From Patescibacteria group bacterium (GTDB lineage Bacteria > Patescibacteriota > Minisyncoccia > Phycocordibacterales > UBA918), in NCBI GenBank assembly GCA_019745315.1, contig JAIETH010000001.1:13049-77048 (forward strand): a DNA stretch of 64,000 bases, in the 5' to 3' direction. Below the pieces are notes generated by a model. The model made no database searches. It was not told where the DNA came from and was given only the letters and a program-made list of their open reading frames with translations. Each line of letters begins with the position of its first letter. The stretch's first letter is position 1. This document shows positions 37,512-48,889 of this stretch, piece by piece. A program made the position numbers and the translations under genes.

Positions 37512-39017
37512 TTATGAGATGATGGTTTCAAATGCAGCGATGGTGTCTCCGGGAGCGATTTCAGCTTTTGTATCAAGCTGCATACCGTACTCACCATCTG
37601 AGACAGTGTTCACATTTGCTTTCTGTTGCTGGAGATTTTTGATCACACCTTTTCCAATTTCAATATCGCGACGGAGTACTTTAACAGTTTGGTTGAGCGA
37701 GAGGGATCCTTCAAGCACGCGCGCACCAAGTACGTGGGTGGTTTTTTGCACACTGAAGCTTTTGAGGATCTTTGCTTCTCCTGTCTTCTGATCAACTGCA
37801 AGTTTTGGCGTGCGAAGGATGAGTGCTTCGGTAAGCCATTCGGCGAGTTTGTAGATAATATCGAATGTTTGTATCTCTACTCCAAGTCGCTCTGCAAGAT
37901 CTGTCGCTTGTCGTTCGACAGACACATTAAATCCCACTACGATCGCTTTGTCGGTTGCGCCAATATTTTTGATATCGCTTTCAGTGATAGGGCCCACTCC
38001 TCGACTTACTATTTCTACACGAATACGATCTGAAGAAAACTTTGCAATCTCATGCTCAATAGCTTCGATTGTTCCGAGCACATCAGCTTTGATACAGAGT
38101 GGAATGCGCGGTATTGATCTATCGTACGCAGGAGTAGCAACAGGAACTTTGAGGGGAGAGAGTATAAGTACCTCAGCTTCTTTTTTAGAGCCAACTGTTA
38201 TAAAAGTATCTCCCACATTAGGAACCTTTGTCCATCCAACGATGCGTACTGGCTCTGAGAGCCCGGCTTCTTTAATCGTTTTGCCCGCAAAGCTCTCCAT
38301 GATTCGTACAGGAGCAAAACTTGTTCCTGATACAACAAATTGTCCCGTTTTAAGAGTTCCGTTTTTGATGATCAAGGTTGCGCTTGTGCCACGCTTTTGA
38401 TCGAGATCAGCTTCGATGATGACGCCATTTGCAGGAGCGTCCGCATCTCCCGTTAGTTCTGCGAGTTCAGACGCAAGAAGAAGAACTTCGAGAAGTTCAG
38501 GAATTCCTTCGCCAGTTTTAGCTGAAATTGGTACAAAAGGAATATCTCCTCCCATGCCTTCGACATAGATTTCGTTTTCTACGAGACTCGCTTTCGTGCG
38601 CTCAACATTTGCTCCGGGTCTGTCGATTTTGTTGATAGCTACGATATATGGAATATTAGCAGCTTTGATTGAGGCAAGCGCTTCAAGTGTCTGAGGCTTC
38701 ACGCCTTCTTCAGCGGACACAACAAGTATTGCAATATCGGCTACGTCAGCACCACGAAGACGCATCTTCTGGAAGGCTGCGTGTCCTGGTGTATCAAGAA
38801 AGGTTATGTGAGCAATGCTGCCATCGTCTTTTTTGGTGTGTTCAACGACGTAGGCAGAAAGGTGCTGGGTTATTCCGCCAGTTTCTTTATCAACCACATT
38901 CGTCTTTCGAATATAATCAAGGAGCGTCGACTTCCCATGGTCAATATGACCCATCACCACAGCAATAGGGTGGCGCGGTACGAGTCGAGCTGTGTGTGGT
39001 TTAGATGGTGTAGCCAT
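37512..39017 (-). CDS. infB: translation initiation factor IF-2 (short form starting at the G domain)
   Basis: [16 protein letters not shown]1, DTPGH G3, NKID G4. IF-2 domain II and C1/C2 domains follow. 501 aa. Confidence 0.9.
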   Translation of the reverse strand: MATPSKPHTARLVPRHPIAVVMGHIDHGKSTLLDYIRKTNVVDKETGGITQHLSAYVVEHTKKDDGSIAHITFLDTPGHAAFQKMRLRGADVADIAILVVSAEEGVKPQTLEALASIKAANIPYIVAINKIDRPGANVERTKASLVENEIYVEGMGGDIPFVPISAKTGEGIPELLEVLLLASELAELTGDADAPANGVIIEADLDQKRGTSATLIIKNGTLKTGQFVVSGTSFAPVRIMESFAGKTIKEAGLSEPVRIVGWTKVPNVGDTFITVGSKKEAEVLILSPLKVPVATPAYDRSIPRIPLCIKADVLGTIEAIEHEIAKFSSDRIRVEIVSRGVGPITESDIKNIGATDKAIVVGFNVSVERQATDLAERLGVEIQTFDIIYKLAEWLTEALILRTPKLAVDQKTGEAKILKSFSVQKTTHVLGARVLEGSLSLNQTVKVLRRDIEIGKGVIKNLQQQKANVNTVSDGEYGMQLDTKAEIAPGDTIAAFETIIS

Positions 39018-39195
39018 ATATGGTTTGAATAAATGCGATCAGCGTGGAAAGCCGGAGAGGTACCACAGAAGATGCTTCGGGTAAATGTGTAGGCAGAGTG
39101 TAACATATTAGCCTCATAGTTTGCCAGTTTGTCTAGGGTTACAAAAAATAAAATAAAAAACGCCGAAGATTTCTCTTCAGCGGTGCATGCTCTGG

Positions 39196-39534
39196 TTATC
39201 TCCTGGGGTGGCGATACCGAGGACGTTTTGTGGGCTTCTTGGTGGAGATATGCTGGATGGTCAGCATGACCCCGAGGCAGATCAGCTCGTTCATGAAGCC
39301 GCGATCGAGCTTCTTGTTGATGAGCTCGAGTCGCTTGATCTGCTGCTCGATTGCGCCCCGCAGGATGCTTGCCTCGTAGCCTTGGAGCTCCGATCGGCGA
39401 ATGAGTTCGCCGATCGTTCTGAGCCTCTCGGTGTCGCCTCGCGCCATGCCGAGTGCGCCGATCATGGCGGGCAGGGCAGTCAGTGAGGAGGTCGAGTTGC
39501 GCAACAAACGTTCGCGCGTCATGGGATGAGTCAT
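39196..39534 (-). CDS. hypothetical protein on a GC-rich islet
   Basis: 112-aa ORF with visibly higher GC than the flanks. Ends at a canonical terminator (rc caccgctgaagagaaatcttcggcgtttttt, 39159-39190). Confidence 0.4.
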   Translation of the reverse strand: MTHPMTRERLLRNSTSSLTALPAMIGALGMARGDTERLRTIGELIRRSELQGYEASILRGAIEQQIKRLELINKKLDRGFMNELICLGVMLTIQHISTKKPTKRPRYRHPRR

Positions 39535-39645
39535 CAGATCTCCGTTGTGTACTACCTTTGACAGGGATCCGCCAAAGGAAAAATATTTTAATACAATAAA
39601 ACACTTATGTCAATAAATACAAGGTTAGTTTTTCGTATTTAATCA

Positions 39646-40902
39646 GTGAGGCTCTATAATAAGAAACATATGAGTTTTATTACTTCTATATCACGCATTC
39701 TGAAACCAGAGAGGATCTATCTCGATTATGCAGCTGCTACTCCTGTACGTGCTGAGGTGTTAAAGAAAATGACTCCGTTTCAGAGTGAGTCTTTTGCGAA
39801 TGCGAGTGCTATTTATAAAGAAGGTACCGATGCACGTCAGGCAATACAGCGTGCTCGCGCGCAGGTTGCAGGAGCTCTTCGTATTAAAAAAGAAGAGGTG
39901 TTTTTTGTGTCGGGCGGGACAGAGGCAAATAATATGGCGTTGGTAGGTTTCCTTGAGGCGCTTATAGATTCAGGAAGATCACTCGATACCTGTGAGGTTG
40001 TTACAACTGCACTCGAACACCCTTCGATTTTAGAAATCCTTAAGCAGTACCAACAGAAGGGTTTGAGAGTTGAGTATGCGCCGGTTGATGTTGATGGTCT
40101 CATTATTCACAGTGAATTTGAAAAGCTGTTGAGTGATAAAACAGTGCTTGTGACGTTCGCATATGCAAATAGTGAAATAGGGGTTGTACAAGATGTGAAA
40201 GCTATCACGCGAGCTGTGCGTGTATTCAAAAAAGAACATAAAACAGCGTTTCCGTACGTGCATCTTGATGCAAGTCAGGCGCCTTTGTATCTCTCATGTG
40301 CGTTTGATGCCCTAGGTGTCGACATGATGACGCTTGATGCAGGAAAGTTTTATGGTCCGAAAGGAGTGGGTATTTTTGCCAAGAAGCATGGGGTTCCGCA
40401 TGCGCCACTTATGCGGGGAGGCGATCAAGAGGGTGGTGTTCGTCCGGGTACTGAAAATGTTGCTGGTATTGTGGGGTGTGCTGAAGCATTTGGAATTGCA
40501 GTGCGGGACTATGAAGTACGCGCACAGAGAGTCGCCGCTATTAGAGAGTATTGTTTTAAAGAACTCTCAACTATTACTGGAGTAGTTATAAATGGCTCAC
40601 GTGACCAGCGTATTGCTAATAATGTAAATATTTCTATTCCAGGTATTGATGGGGAGTATGCTGCGGTGGTTTTGGATACTAACGGCATTGCAGTATCTAC
40701 CAAAAGTGCGTGCTCTGGCGCAACAGGAAGTGGTTCAAAAGTTATCTATGCACTTGGAGGAGATGATGCACGGGCGCTCTCTACACTTCGTATTACTCTC
40801 GGGGAAGAAACGACAAAACGAAATATTTTGAGACTTGTTCGCGTATTACAAAAGCATGTGACGCACATGCGAGAAACCATTGACCAAATCAATAAAAAGT
40901 GA
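39646..40902 (+). CDS. cysteine desulfurase (class V aminotransferase, NifS/IscS-like)
   Basis: PLP-binding Lys region and active-site SACSGATGS loop with the catalytic Cys. Confidence 0.85.
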   Translation: MRLYNKKHMSFITSISRILKPERIYLDYAAATPVRAEVLKKMTPFQSESFANASAIYKEGTDARQAIQRARAQVAGALRIKKEEVFFVSGGTEANNMALVGFLEALIDSGRSLDTCEVVTTALEHPSILEILKQYQQKGLRVEYAPVDVDGLIIHSEFEKLLSDKTVLVTFAYANSEIGVVQDVKAITRAVRVFKKEHKTAFPYVHLDASQAPLYLSCAFDALGVDMMTLDAGKFYGPKGVGIFAKKHGVPHAPLMRGGDQEGGVRPGTENVAGIVGCAEAFGIAVRDYEVRAQRVAAIREYCFKELSTITGVVINGSRDQRIANNVNISIPGIDGEYAAVVLDTNGIAVSTKSACSGATGSGSKVIYALGGDDARALSTLRITLGEETTKRNILRLVRVLQKHVTHMRETIDQINKK

Positions 40903-40978
40903 TACTATTTTATCGTAAAAGGCTACGCACTCCGTCCATTTGTTTCAAGCGAAGCCTCGTTTATAATTGAGAATAATC

Positions 40979-43663
40979 ATGCCTCCATTTCATAATTTCA
41001 CCTCAAAAGCAAAAGAAGCAATACGAAAAGCTCATGAGCTTGCTATTGAGCGTGGGCAGAATCACGTGAGTCCAGCCCACCTCCTTACCGCCCTCATGAC
41101 ACAGGATGAAACTCCTGTTATTTCTATTCTTGATCGTATCGATGTTGATATCGTCCTTTTGACTGATCTACTACTTGAGTCTATTGAGGGAGGCGATACA
41201 GCGCAGACTATTTCTCAATCATATCAACTCTATCTAACCCCAGATCTCGCGCAGACTCTTGAAGGAGCAGGGAAACTAGCTGAGCAACTTGCTGATGGGT
41301 ATATTGGCGTTGAGCATCTCTTTATCGCAGCTCTTGAGCACCCAGGGCCAACTATCGAAGTACTCAATCGCGCTGGTGTAGATAAGCGAAAGGTTCTTGC
41401 TGCGCTTAAAGAAGTGCGTGAGAGTAATGTGCAAGATGCACAACAGCCGAAAAAGTTTCGCGCGCTTGTAAAGTACACACGTAATCTCACTAAGCTTGCA
41501 CAAGATAATAAGCTTGATCCTGTTATCGGTCGCGATACTGAAATTCAGCGTGTGGTACAGATACTTTCTCGTCGTACAAAAAATAACCCTGTGTTGATTG
41601 GAGAAGCGGGAGTAGGAAAGACTGCAATTGCAGAAGGTTTGGCGCTCGCTATTGCGCAAGGTAACGTTCCTGAGTCTCTTAAAAATAAAGAGCTCCTTTC
41701 TCTCGACCTCGGTCTCCTTGTTGCAGGAACAAAATTCCGTGGAGAATTTGAAGAGCGCTTGAAAGCTATCATGAAAGAAGTGCAGCAAGCAGAAGGCTCA
41801 GTCATTCTCTTTATCGACGAGCTCCACACCATCGTAGGAGCAGGTGCTGCTGAGGGGGCAATTGATGCATCAAATATGATGAAGCCAGCGCTCGCACGCG
41901 GAGAGTTCCGTGTGATTGGCGCAACCACTCTTAAGGAGTATCAAAAATATATTGAACGCGATCCAGCCTTGACTCGTCGTTTCCAGCCTGTGTTTGTAAA
42001 TGAGCCATCAGAGGAAGATGCTATTGCAATTCTTCGTGGTATTTCAGAGAAGTATGAAATTTTCCACGGTGTTCGTATTACTGACGACGCAATTGTAGCG
42101 GCTGTTGAACTTTCAGCTCGCTATATCACTGATAGGTTCTTGCCTGACAAAGCAGTTGACCTTATCGACGAAGCAGCATCAGCTCTTCGTATTTCACTTG
42201 AAAATAAACCTATTGAACTTGCTGATGCTGATCGCAAAATTCGTCGTCTTGAAATTGAGCGTGAGGCTATGAAGAAAGAAGAAGAAATTATCGAAGATAA
42301 AAAGAAAGTACGTACGCGAACAAAAGAAATTGATGCAGAAATTGCAGAATTGAAACAGAAGACTATTAATCTTGAGACAAAGTGGAACAACGAACGCGAT
42401 ACACTAAATGAAATTCGCGGAATGAAGAAGGAGCTTGAAGAGTTGCGTCTTGAAGCAGAGTCTGCTGAAGTTGCAGCTGACTTAGCAAAAACTGCAGAAA
42501 TTCGCTATGGAAAAATTCCACTCTTGGAGCGCCGCCTTGAAGAAAAAACAGCACGTCTTAAGAAGCTTCAGCGCTCACAGAGACTTCTCCGTGAAGAGGT
42601 GATGGAAGAAGATATTGCAGGCGTTGTATCTCGCTGGACTGGAGTACCGGTTTCTCGCATGCTTGAAGCGGAGGCTGTAAAGCTTTCTCGTATGGAAGAA
42701 GTATTGAAGAGTCGTGTGGTAGGACAGGAAGACGCAGTTACGCGTATTGCTGACGCTGTGAAGCGATCTCGCGCCGGAATTGCTGACCCGAACCGACCGA
42801 TAGGATCATTCCTTTTCTTGGGGCCAACAGGTGTAGGGAAAACAGAGCTTTCAAAAGCGCTTGCTGAATTTATGTTTGCTGATGAAAGTGCTCTCGTGCG
42901 TATTGATATGTCTGAATACATGGAGCGTCATTCAGTATCAAAGATCATCGGTTCTCCTCCTGGATACGTAGGACACGAAGAGGGAGGATCTATTACTGAA
43001 ATTGTTCGTCACAGACCATATGCGGTTATTCTCCTTGATGAGATTGAAAAAGCGCATCCTGAAGTATTTAACATTCTCCTTCAAGTACTTGATTCTGGTC
43101 ACCTCACTGACGCAAAGGGTCGCAAAGTTAACTTCAAGAATACCGTCATCATCATGACGTCAAATATTGGAGCAGAACACATTGACCGCATGTCAAAGCT
43201 TGGCTTTGCTGCAGAATCAACGGTTGCAACGCAGTACACTCAAGCGAAAGATAAAGTGATGAATAGTTTGAAGAACTACTTCCGACCAGAATTCCTTAAT
43301 CGTCTTGATGAAATTATTGTCTTCGATATTCTTGCACCTCACGTAATAAAAGATATTGTGCGTAAGCAGATTGATATTGTGGGCGCACGACTCTTGCAGA
43401 AAGAAGTTGAGCTCACGCTTTCAGAAGAAGTGTACGAGTATCTTGCGGAAAAAGGATATAACCCTCAGTATGGAGCGCGCCCACTCAAGCGTTTGATTCA
43501 GACAAAGATTTTGACACCAGTTGCGTCAATGATGATTTCTGAAGGAATGCTCAAAGGAGGAAAGGTAAGTGTGTCATTGAAAGGTGACGAATTTAAATTT
43601 GATGTAAAAAAGAAGCATGCACCGAAAGCTCGATCGCGTGTAGCTGCTGAAGCTCTGGTGTAA
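40979..43663 (+). CDS. clpB: ATP-dependent chaperone ClpB
   Basis: Clp N-domain. Two AAA+ modules ([20 protein letters not shown]). Long M-domain coiled coil. The ATG at 40979 is preferred over the TTG at 40967. Confidence 0.93.
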   Translation: MPPFHNFTSKAKEAIRKAHELAIERGQNHVSPAHLLTALMTQDETPVISILDRIDVDIVLLTDLLLESIEGGDTAQTISQSYQLYLTPDLAQTLEGAGKLAEQLADGYIGVEHLFIAALEHPGPTIEVLNRAGVDKRKVLAALKEVRESNVQDAQQPKKFRALVKYTRNLTKLAQDNKLDPVIGRDTEIQRVVQILSRRTKNNPVLIGEAGVGKTAIAEGLALAIAQGNVPESLKNKELLSLDLGLLVAGTKFRGEFEERLKAIMKEVQQAEGSVILFIDELHTIVGAGAAEGAIDASNMMKPALARGEFRVIGATTLKEYQKYIERDPALTRRFQPVFVNEPSEEDAIAILRGISEKYEIFHGVRITDDAIVAAVELSARYITDRFLPDKAVDLIDEAASALRISLENKPIELADADRKIRRLEIEREAMKKEEEIIEDKKKVRTRTKEIDAEIAELKQKTINLETKWNNERDTLNEIRGMKKELEELRLEAESAEVAADLAKTAEIRYGKIPLLERRLEEKTARLKKLQRSQRLLREEVMEEDIAGVVSRWTGVPVSRMLEAEAVKLSRMEEVLKSRVVGQEDAVTRIADAVKRSRAGIADPNRPIGSFLFLGPTGVGKTELSKALAEFMFADESALVRIDMSEYMERHSVSKIIGSPPGYVGHEEGGSITEIVRHRPYAVILLDEIEKAHPEVFNILLQVLDSGHLTDAKGRKVNFKNTVIIMTSNIGAEHIDRMSKLGFAAESTVATQYTQAKDKVMNSLKNYFRPEFLNRLDEIIVFDILAPHVIKDIVRKQIDIVGARLLQKEVELTLSEEVYEYLAEKGYNPQYGARPLKRLIQTKILTPVASMMISEGMLKGGKVSVSLKGDEFKFDVKKKHAPKARSRVAAEALV

Positions 43664-43671
43664 CAAGAAGT

Positions 43672-43722
43672 AAATAAGGTACAAAAAAATACGCACTGCG
43701 TATTTTTTTGTACCTTATTTTG
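43672..43722 (+). terminator. long-stem rho-independent terminator after clpB
   Basis: aaataaggtacaaaaaaatacg-cactg-cgtatttttttgtaccttattt. Confidence 0.6.
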
Positions 43723-44143
43723 TATCGGGTTTGTGTATTCCTGCAACTTTAAAATTTATATAGAGATTCATAAGGTAATTCCATATACCAACAAATCCTG
43801 CAATACCAATTCGACTTACCAGATAGTTCCATTCGAGGATGGTTGTCATGATATACATAAGCCCCATTATGACTAGCAGTCCAGTTGTTCCTATTGTCAG
43901 AAAGGCTACGTAGGTACGAGCAATAGTCTGTTGTGTTTCTGGAAATACAATCCTTCGAACAATAAAATATTGAATTGATGTCGCAATAACAAATGCAATT
44001 CCTGCTGCAATTACCTGGTTTTGAGAAAAAACATCAACCAGTATAAAAAGAAGAAGGAGGTCAAAGCCAAATGCGGTACTGCTGATGAGAGTGTATTTCG
44101 CAAAGCGTTTAATGCTTGCGACTCGTTCATGGCTCAATATCAT
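43715..44143 (-). CDS. GtrA-family membrane protein
   Basis: Four TM helices and the N-terminal KYTLISSTAFGFDLLLLFILV motif typical of GtrA. Confidence 0.65.
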   Translation of the reverse strand: MILSHERVASIKRFAKYTLISSTAFGFDLLLLFILVDVFSQNQVIAAGIAFVIATSIQYFIVRRIVFPETQQTIARTYVAFLTIGTTGLLVIMGLMYIMTTILEWNYLVSRIGIAGFVGIWNYLMNLYINFKVAGIHKPDTK

Positions 44144-44205
44144 ATGTGTACTATATCAGGGAGAGGTATGGAATAAAAAACACCAGTCCAGTATGGTGTT
44201 TAATG

Positions 44206-44568
44206 TTAGAACAAGTCAGGTGGCTGAAAGCAGTAGATCTGCACCGTTCCGTCTGTATATATCGTATAGAAAACAATGGCGTGTCCCGCAAAAGGTGATG
44301 GGTCGTCCGGTTTCGGATCGAGCATTCGGTTGGCTGGCACGGTATGCCAGGTGTTTCTGATGCGCACTTGGTACGACCTGTCTGGTGCGATGCGCCACTC
44401 AACATCGGTGAGTACGTGTAGATCATACAGCGCGCAGCACTTGGTGTTGTCGAGGGCGCGCTGTCTATCGAGCCACTCATTGTGAGCAGAATGATCGATA
44501 TGTGCGTGCGTTGTGTGTGCCGCAAGTGTAGTTACAAGGATCAAGAGCCAAAGAAGAATGCGCAACAT
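44206..44568 (-). CDS. secreted hypothetical protein
   Basis: Signal peptide MLRILLWLLILVTTLAAHTTHA. His-rich N-terminus. Confidence 0.4.
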   Translation of the reverse strand: MLRILLWLLILVTTLAAHTTHAHIDHSAHNEWLDRQRALDNTKCCALYDLHVLTDVEWRIAPDRSYQVRIRNTWHTVPANRMLDPKPDDPSPFAGHAIVFYTIYTDGTVQIYCFQPPDLF

Positions 44569-44673
44569 GTCACGTCCTCCGTTTTGGGTTGCCTGTGTAC
44601 GAGTGTACTCGCTTATTTTGGAAATGCAAAAGTGATAAAGCTGTATATAAAAAAACCAGCTATCAAGCTGGAT

Positions 44674-45285
44674 CTAGGTTGCGTAGGAGGCAATCGCCTC
44701 TCGTATTTTTTCTTCCATCAGAACAGCATATTCCGCCCACGTACCACCAGCATCTTTAAGTGCTGTGATCAGGAGGGGGATGTGATACATCGTCGTTTCT
44801 TCTATCTGAGTCGCTCGCTTTTCTGCTGAACAGGCGCTCATTGTGCGGAGGTTGTGGAGTCGGTCTGCGAGTTTCGCAAACACAGCCCGAGGTCCTCGCG
44901 CGATAACTCTCCCGAGATATTCTTCCGTCGTCTCTTTTCCTTTCGGAAGTTTTGTGAGAGCGCGAAGGTCTTCAGCACGTTCCGTGCCGAAATTCATCGC
45001 TGTTCGATACGGCGAAAGCAGATAGGTGTCTTCGGGAAGGTCATGCAGGAGGATATTGATAATCACCTCCGGATCTCTTCCATTAAATTCGGAGATATAG
45101 ATCCATGCCGCTGCCTTCGGGTGATCGAAGTATCGCGTACCATCTTCTCGCTGTACGCCGCTGTGGCCGTACTTTGAAATAAGGTACGCAAACTGTACTC
45201 GCTCGTATATCGTGGGGTCGAACGCAATTTGAAGTGGAGCAAAAAAGAGCTCATACCCCGGAGGGCGTTTCTGCCACTGTTTCAT
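44674..45285 (-). CDS. HD-domain (p)ppGpp hydrolase-like protein (small alarmone hydrolase, RelA/SpoT HD family)
   Basis: HDLPEDT matches the HDVVEDT motif of the SpoT/Mesh1 HD domain. Upstream His and downstream Asp are present. 203 aa. Confidence 0.65.
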   Translation of the reverse strand: MKQWQKRPPGYELFFAPLQIAFDPTIYERVQFAYLISKYGHSGVQREDGTRYFDHPKAAAWIYISEFNGRDPEVIINILLHDLPEDTYLLSPYRTAMNFGTERAEDLRALTKLPKGKETTEEYLGRVIARGPRAVFAKLADRLHNLRTMSACSAEKRATQIEETTMYHIPLLITALKDAGGTWAEYAVLMEEKIREAIASYAT

Positions 45286-45459
45286 TTCCGTGTCTCCCTG
45301 TAAAAGAACGGGTAGGTGCTTTTGAGCACTCTATATTCAAGAGTAGTTAAACATTTCTCAATCGCAAAAGCTAATTTGAATAACGGTATCTCTATATAGA
45401 TTAAAAATAAAAAACTCGAGAGCAAAGCCAAAATGACTTCTTCTTTCGAGTTGTGGTGG

Positions 45460-46128
45460 CTATGCGGCGAGCTCCATCTCGCCACGTTCCGGATGCCACA
45501 TCCGGAGGGGAACGAGCGATGGCCGGACGCGCAGTCGTTCGACCGCCGCCTCAGCTTCGCGTTGGTTGAAGATGAAAAGCGTGACCGGCAAGAAGCTCGT
45601 CGTCATCGCGGTGTGGATGCTCGCCGCATTTGCGCCATCACGCCGCCCGACGCGACCAGTGCCGATCTGCACGATCGAGTGCTTGCGTGCATGTGATTCC
45701 GGCTGCTGCCACAGGTAGTCCATACCGAAGCGTACGTGCATATCAGCTCCGACCCAGCCGCCGGACCCCAGGTGGTGGCAGATAATCATGTGAAGCAAGC
45801 GGCGGTCATCGAACTTGAAGCTGAGGACAGACCCCAAGTTGACGGGGTTGGCGGCGGTGATCCGTTCAATGAACGGACGTCCGATCCCAACCACATCCTG
45901 GAGCCTGCTGTTCATGCCGATGACGATATCGGCAGGATTTTCGCTGGAGGTGATATCTCCAGTGACGATGTCGGTGATCATTGACCGTCTCCCTGTTGTT
46001 GGTGGTCGAACGTAGAGTATCTGAATTAGAGTCAAAGTCAATTTATTGAAAAAGCTAACATTATCTCTATTAAATAAAAAATCCCACATACGTTTGGTAT
46101 GTGGGTTGGCAATTGTGCACGGCTTCAC
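45460..46128 (-). CDS. macro-domain-like protein on a GC-rich segment
   Basis: ITDIVTGDIT...ADIVIGMN...GIG...LLHMIICHHLGSGGW aligns with the GDIT/VNAAN/GGGV/HTVGPVW blocks of macro domains, but is degenerate. The likely start is the internal Met near 45981. Confidence 0.4.
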   Translation of the reverse strand: MKPCTIANPHTKRMWDFLFNRDNVSFFNKLTLTLIQILYVRPPTTGRRSMITDIVTGDITSSENPADIVIGMNSRLQDVVGIGRPFIERITAANPVNLGSVLSFKFDDRRLLHMIICHHLGSGGWVGADMHVRFGMDYLWQQPESHARKHSIVQIGTGRVGRRDGANAASIHTAMTTSFLPVTLFIFNQREAEAAVERLRVRPSLVPLRMWHPERGEMELAA

Positions 46129-46129
46129 G

Positions 46130-46636
46130 TTATGTTTTTTGGAAGTTGTAGATGGGGTTCACGCCATCTCTCCATCCGATTACTTGCGGATTATTCGGGT
46201 CTGCGATTTCTATGCCGCGAGGATAGAAGACGCAGGCCATCCAGCCCGCCGAAAAGGGAACTCGTCTCGGAAATACGACACACAGAAGCTTGTCGCCTTC
46301 GTCGCTGTGAAGTGCTTGCGATCCACCGATTTCGTTGAACAGGAACATGTTGAGATTGAGATTTGTCGGAACCCAGCCCCATTTTTTCATAAGCCCATGC
46401 CGTTGCCACGTATGGCACGATTCAAACTCTCCGACCCTGAAAAGTCCCTCCTTCATGCGAAACATCACATTCTTGACGCGAGTATGGATGATCGCGTCCT
46501 TCGGTTTGTAGAAAATATCCCACACCGAACACGGGTTGAAGAGGTCGAGCTGGAGCATCCCGTACATGTTGTACGGAAGACCATACTGCTCCAGGGAAGC
46601 CATGAGGAGTTGAGTCCTCAATACACCTGCGTTCAT
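46130..46636 (-). CDS. hypothetical protein immediately upstream of, and abutting, the macro-like gene
   Basis: 168-aa ORF with protein-like composition. Abuts the macro-like gene (overlap/gap of ~1 nt). Confidence 0.3.
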   Translation of the reverse strand: MNAGVLRTQLLMASLEQYGLPYNMYGMLQLDLFNPCSVWDIFYKPKDAIIHTRVKNVMFRMKEGLFRVGEFESCHTWQRHGLMKKWGWVPTNLNLNMFLFNEIGGSQALHSDEGDKLLCVVFPRRVPFSAGWMACVFYPRGIEIADPNNPQVIGWRDGVNPIYNFQKT

Positions 46637-46798
46637 AAGCTTATTCCCCCTCAGGAATGTTCTGCGCTATTGCGCAACCGTTTGCATATAAACACATTTT
46701 TTATAATACGTCAATAATACGCTGAAGGAGAAATATCTTTCTAATTTGTTACGCACAAGCCTTCACGCATGAGCTTGTTATGAGGCTATACTTATACT

Positions 46799-47521
46799 AT
46801 GAAAACGAAAGCGGCGCGGTTGTTTGTGGTATTGCTTGGATTATATCTTTTTCTGTTTAATATTTTTCTTACACTTGCAAGCATTGGAGATACAAACAGT
46901 ATGGCCATTGCTGCTATGGTGTGGGGACTGATGATTGTATGGATTGTATGCGCAGGTGCACTTATGTATATCTTTCGCGATCGTATACGTAGTGTTGTGC
47001 AGTGTATACCGCTTCCGTGGCAGGTGACGTTTGTGCTTGGTGCAACAGCACTCGCGCTGATAGAAGAAGCTGTAACTGTTTCACTTACTAATATGGCGCC
47101 ACTCTTTGGTGCTGTAGCAGGAGAGGCGTATATAACTGCAACTACAAATTATGTAGATCTCGTACTATTTCATAGCGTCATTATTTTTATTCCTCTATTT
47201 ATCGCGTGGTCTATTGTCCTTTCAAAGTATCGTTTCAGTCCTTTTTCAGTCTTTCTTCTTTTTGGTATTACAGGAATTCTCTGCGAGATATCGTTTGGTG
47301 GCCCACAGCAAGTTCTAGGGTTTGCACAATGGATTTTTGTGTACGGACTTATGATATATCTGCCAGCATATTCAATTCCAGATAATCGAAATGCAAAAAC
47401 AGTGAGGCTCTGGCATTACGTCGCAGCTATTCCCGCAACGCTCCTAATTGCGCTCCCAATGCTTATACCTATCGTATATGTCATCACAAAGATATTACAG
47501 CACCCAAGTATTCATTTTTAG
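46799..47521 (+). CDS. polytopic membrane protein
   Basis: Six to seven hydrophobic helices. No motif recognised. Confidence 0.4.
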   Translation: MKTKAARLFVVLLGLYLFLFNIFLTLASIGDTNSMAIAAMVWGLMIVWIVCAGALMYIFRDRIRSVVQCIPLPWQVTFVLGATALALIEEAVTVSLTNMAPLFGAVAGEAYITATTNYVDLVLFHSVIIFIPLFIAWSIVLSKYRFSPFSVFLLFGITGILCEISFGGPQQVLGFAQWIFVYGLMIYLPAYSIPDNRNAKTVRLWHYVAAIPATLLIALPMLIPIVYVITKILQHPSIHF

Positions 47522-47882
47522 TTAATGGTGTGTGAGGTAGAAAAAATAAAAAACAGGAAGGGTATTCCTGTTGTTATGATTCTCGCACAGTGATGTACTC
47601 AAGATCTTCGGGTATGAAGCCGAGATCTTTCCAGGTCACAGTGCCGCTTGCCACGAGTCCTTCGACTTCGTTTCGGAAGTCTCGAAGGGATGTGGGGAGA
47701 GGAGGGCATCCGCGCATAGTGCGGTACTCCTCTTGAAGCAATAGAGCATCGGTAGGCAGCTCGTTGGGAATCATACCGCTCATTTTTGCACCTCGACCAA
47801 TGTCCTTGAGAACTCTATCATTTCGTTTTTATGATGAAAAGTATGTCGTGAGTTGTAATAGTCTAATGGGACACTACGCTTT

Positions 47883-48632
47883 GTGTTACTATTTAAATAT
47901 ATGAAAAAATACCTTATAGCTATTTGTGGATTAATAATAACTTGTATTTTATTGGTCATTTCTTACATCACATATACAAAAAGCGAATTATTGGAGGATA
48001 CGGATAAAGCTTCGGTAACTGTAGTAGATGATAAGGTTCCTACTTCAGCTAAAAGTGACATTGTAGAAACAAATAAAATTCAAAAAACTGATACTAGCAA
48101 ACAAAATGTAGTAACTGCAGCAACTGATACAAGTAAACCAGTTGAAAACAAGGTTCAAGTATTACCTCAAAATACTACGAACGTACTAACCGTGGCTAAG
48201 ATTTCTCCTGATTCAAATTTTGTTATTTCACAAAGCTCAGATATTGAGCCAAAACAAATACCTTTTAAAGTTTTTACAAATTTAGCTCAATCTTCGGTTA
48301 ATGATTATCAATATTGTGTTTCGATCTTAAAAGACGGAACAAGAGCTTCAGAGACTGATTGTGCAAAATTAGATAAGAATCTAGAAATTGATACAAAAAT
48401 TGGTATAACTGATTTAAATTTGGCACCTTATCCAGTAACAGATACGTATCCTGAGGGTGGTTATATTTCAATTGGAGATAATCAACTTGAAATCATGGTG
48501 GCTTTGGTAAAAGACGACCCTAATTTAGTTTATAAAATATCGGGCGATACTTCTCAAAATATGAAAGTTTTAATGGACAGTGCATTAACTATAGAAAAAA
48601 CCGGTGTCTTCACGCTAACTGTTACAAAATAA
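47883..48632 (+). CDS. secreted/anchored hypothetical protein
   Basis: N-terminal TM helix. Thr/Ser-rich beta-type composition. Confidence 0.4.
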   Translation: MLLFKYMKKYLIAICGLIITCILLVISYITYTKSELLEDTDKASVTVVDDKVPTSAKSDIVETNKIQKTDTSKQNVVTAATDTSKPVENKVQVLPQNTTNVLTVAKISPDSNFVISQSSDIEPKQIPFKVFTNLAQSSVNDYQYCVSILKDGTRASETDCAKLDKNLEIDTKIGITDLNLAPYPVTDTYPEGGYISIGDNQLEIMVALVKDDPNLVYKISGDTSQNMKVLMDSALTIEKTGVFTLTVTK

Positions 48633-48889
48633 ATCTAAAGCCTTCTGTAATCGTAGTTCTGGTTTCGAGTTTTTAAATTTTCCTATAAAAATACCACTGC
48701 AAAGTAATAATACTTTTTTGTGCGCCGGGAAGAAATTTTGATCCTTACAGGATCTGTACACCTTTCGTATTTTCTCAAAGCAAAGCTTCTCGAAAATATA
48801 CTCAAGGTCTTCAAATCCTTCACAGAAGCAAAATTATTTGCTTCTTCCGGTGCACATTTTAAAAGCACCCATTAGGGTGCCTTAAAATG

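Noticed and set aside
38954-39604. 216-aa minus-strand ORF spanning the infB start and the GC-rich islet
   Set aside because: It is extremely Arg/His-rich and low-complexity, and it crosses the islet terminator. The nested 112-aa ORF (39196-39534) is the plausible gene.
41230-42921. Antisense ORFs within clpB
   Set aside because: They are shadow ORFs on the opposite strand of a complete ClpB and are low-complexity.
46046-46717. 223-aa plus-strand ORF overlapping 46130-46636 on the minus strand
   Set aside because: It has an Arg/His-rich, low-complexity translation. The minus-strand frame abuts the macro-like gene and looks more protein-like. The choice remains uncertain.
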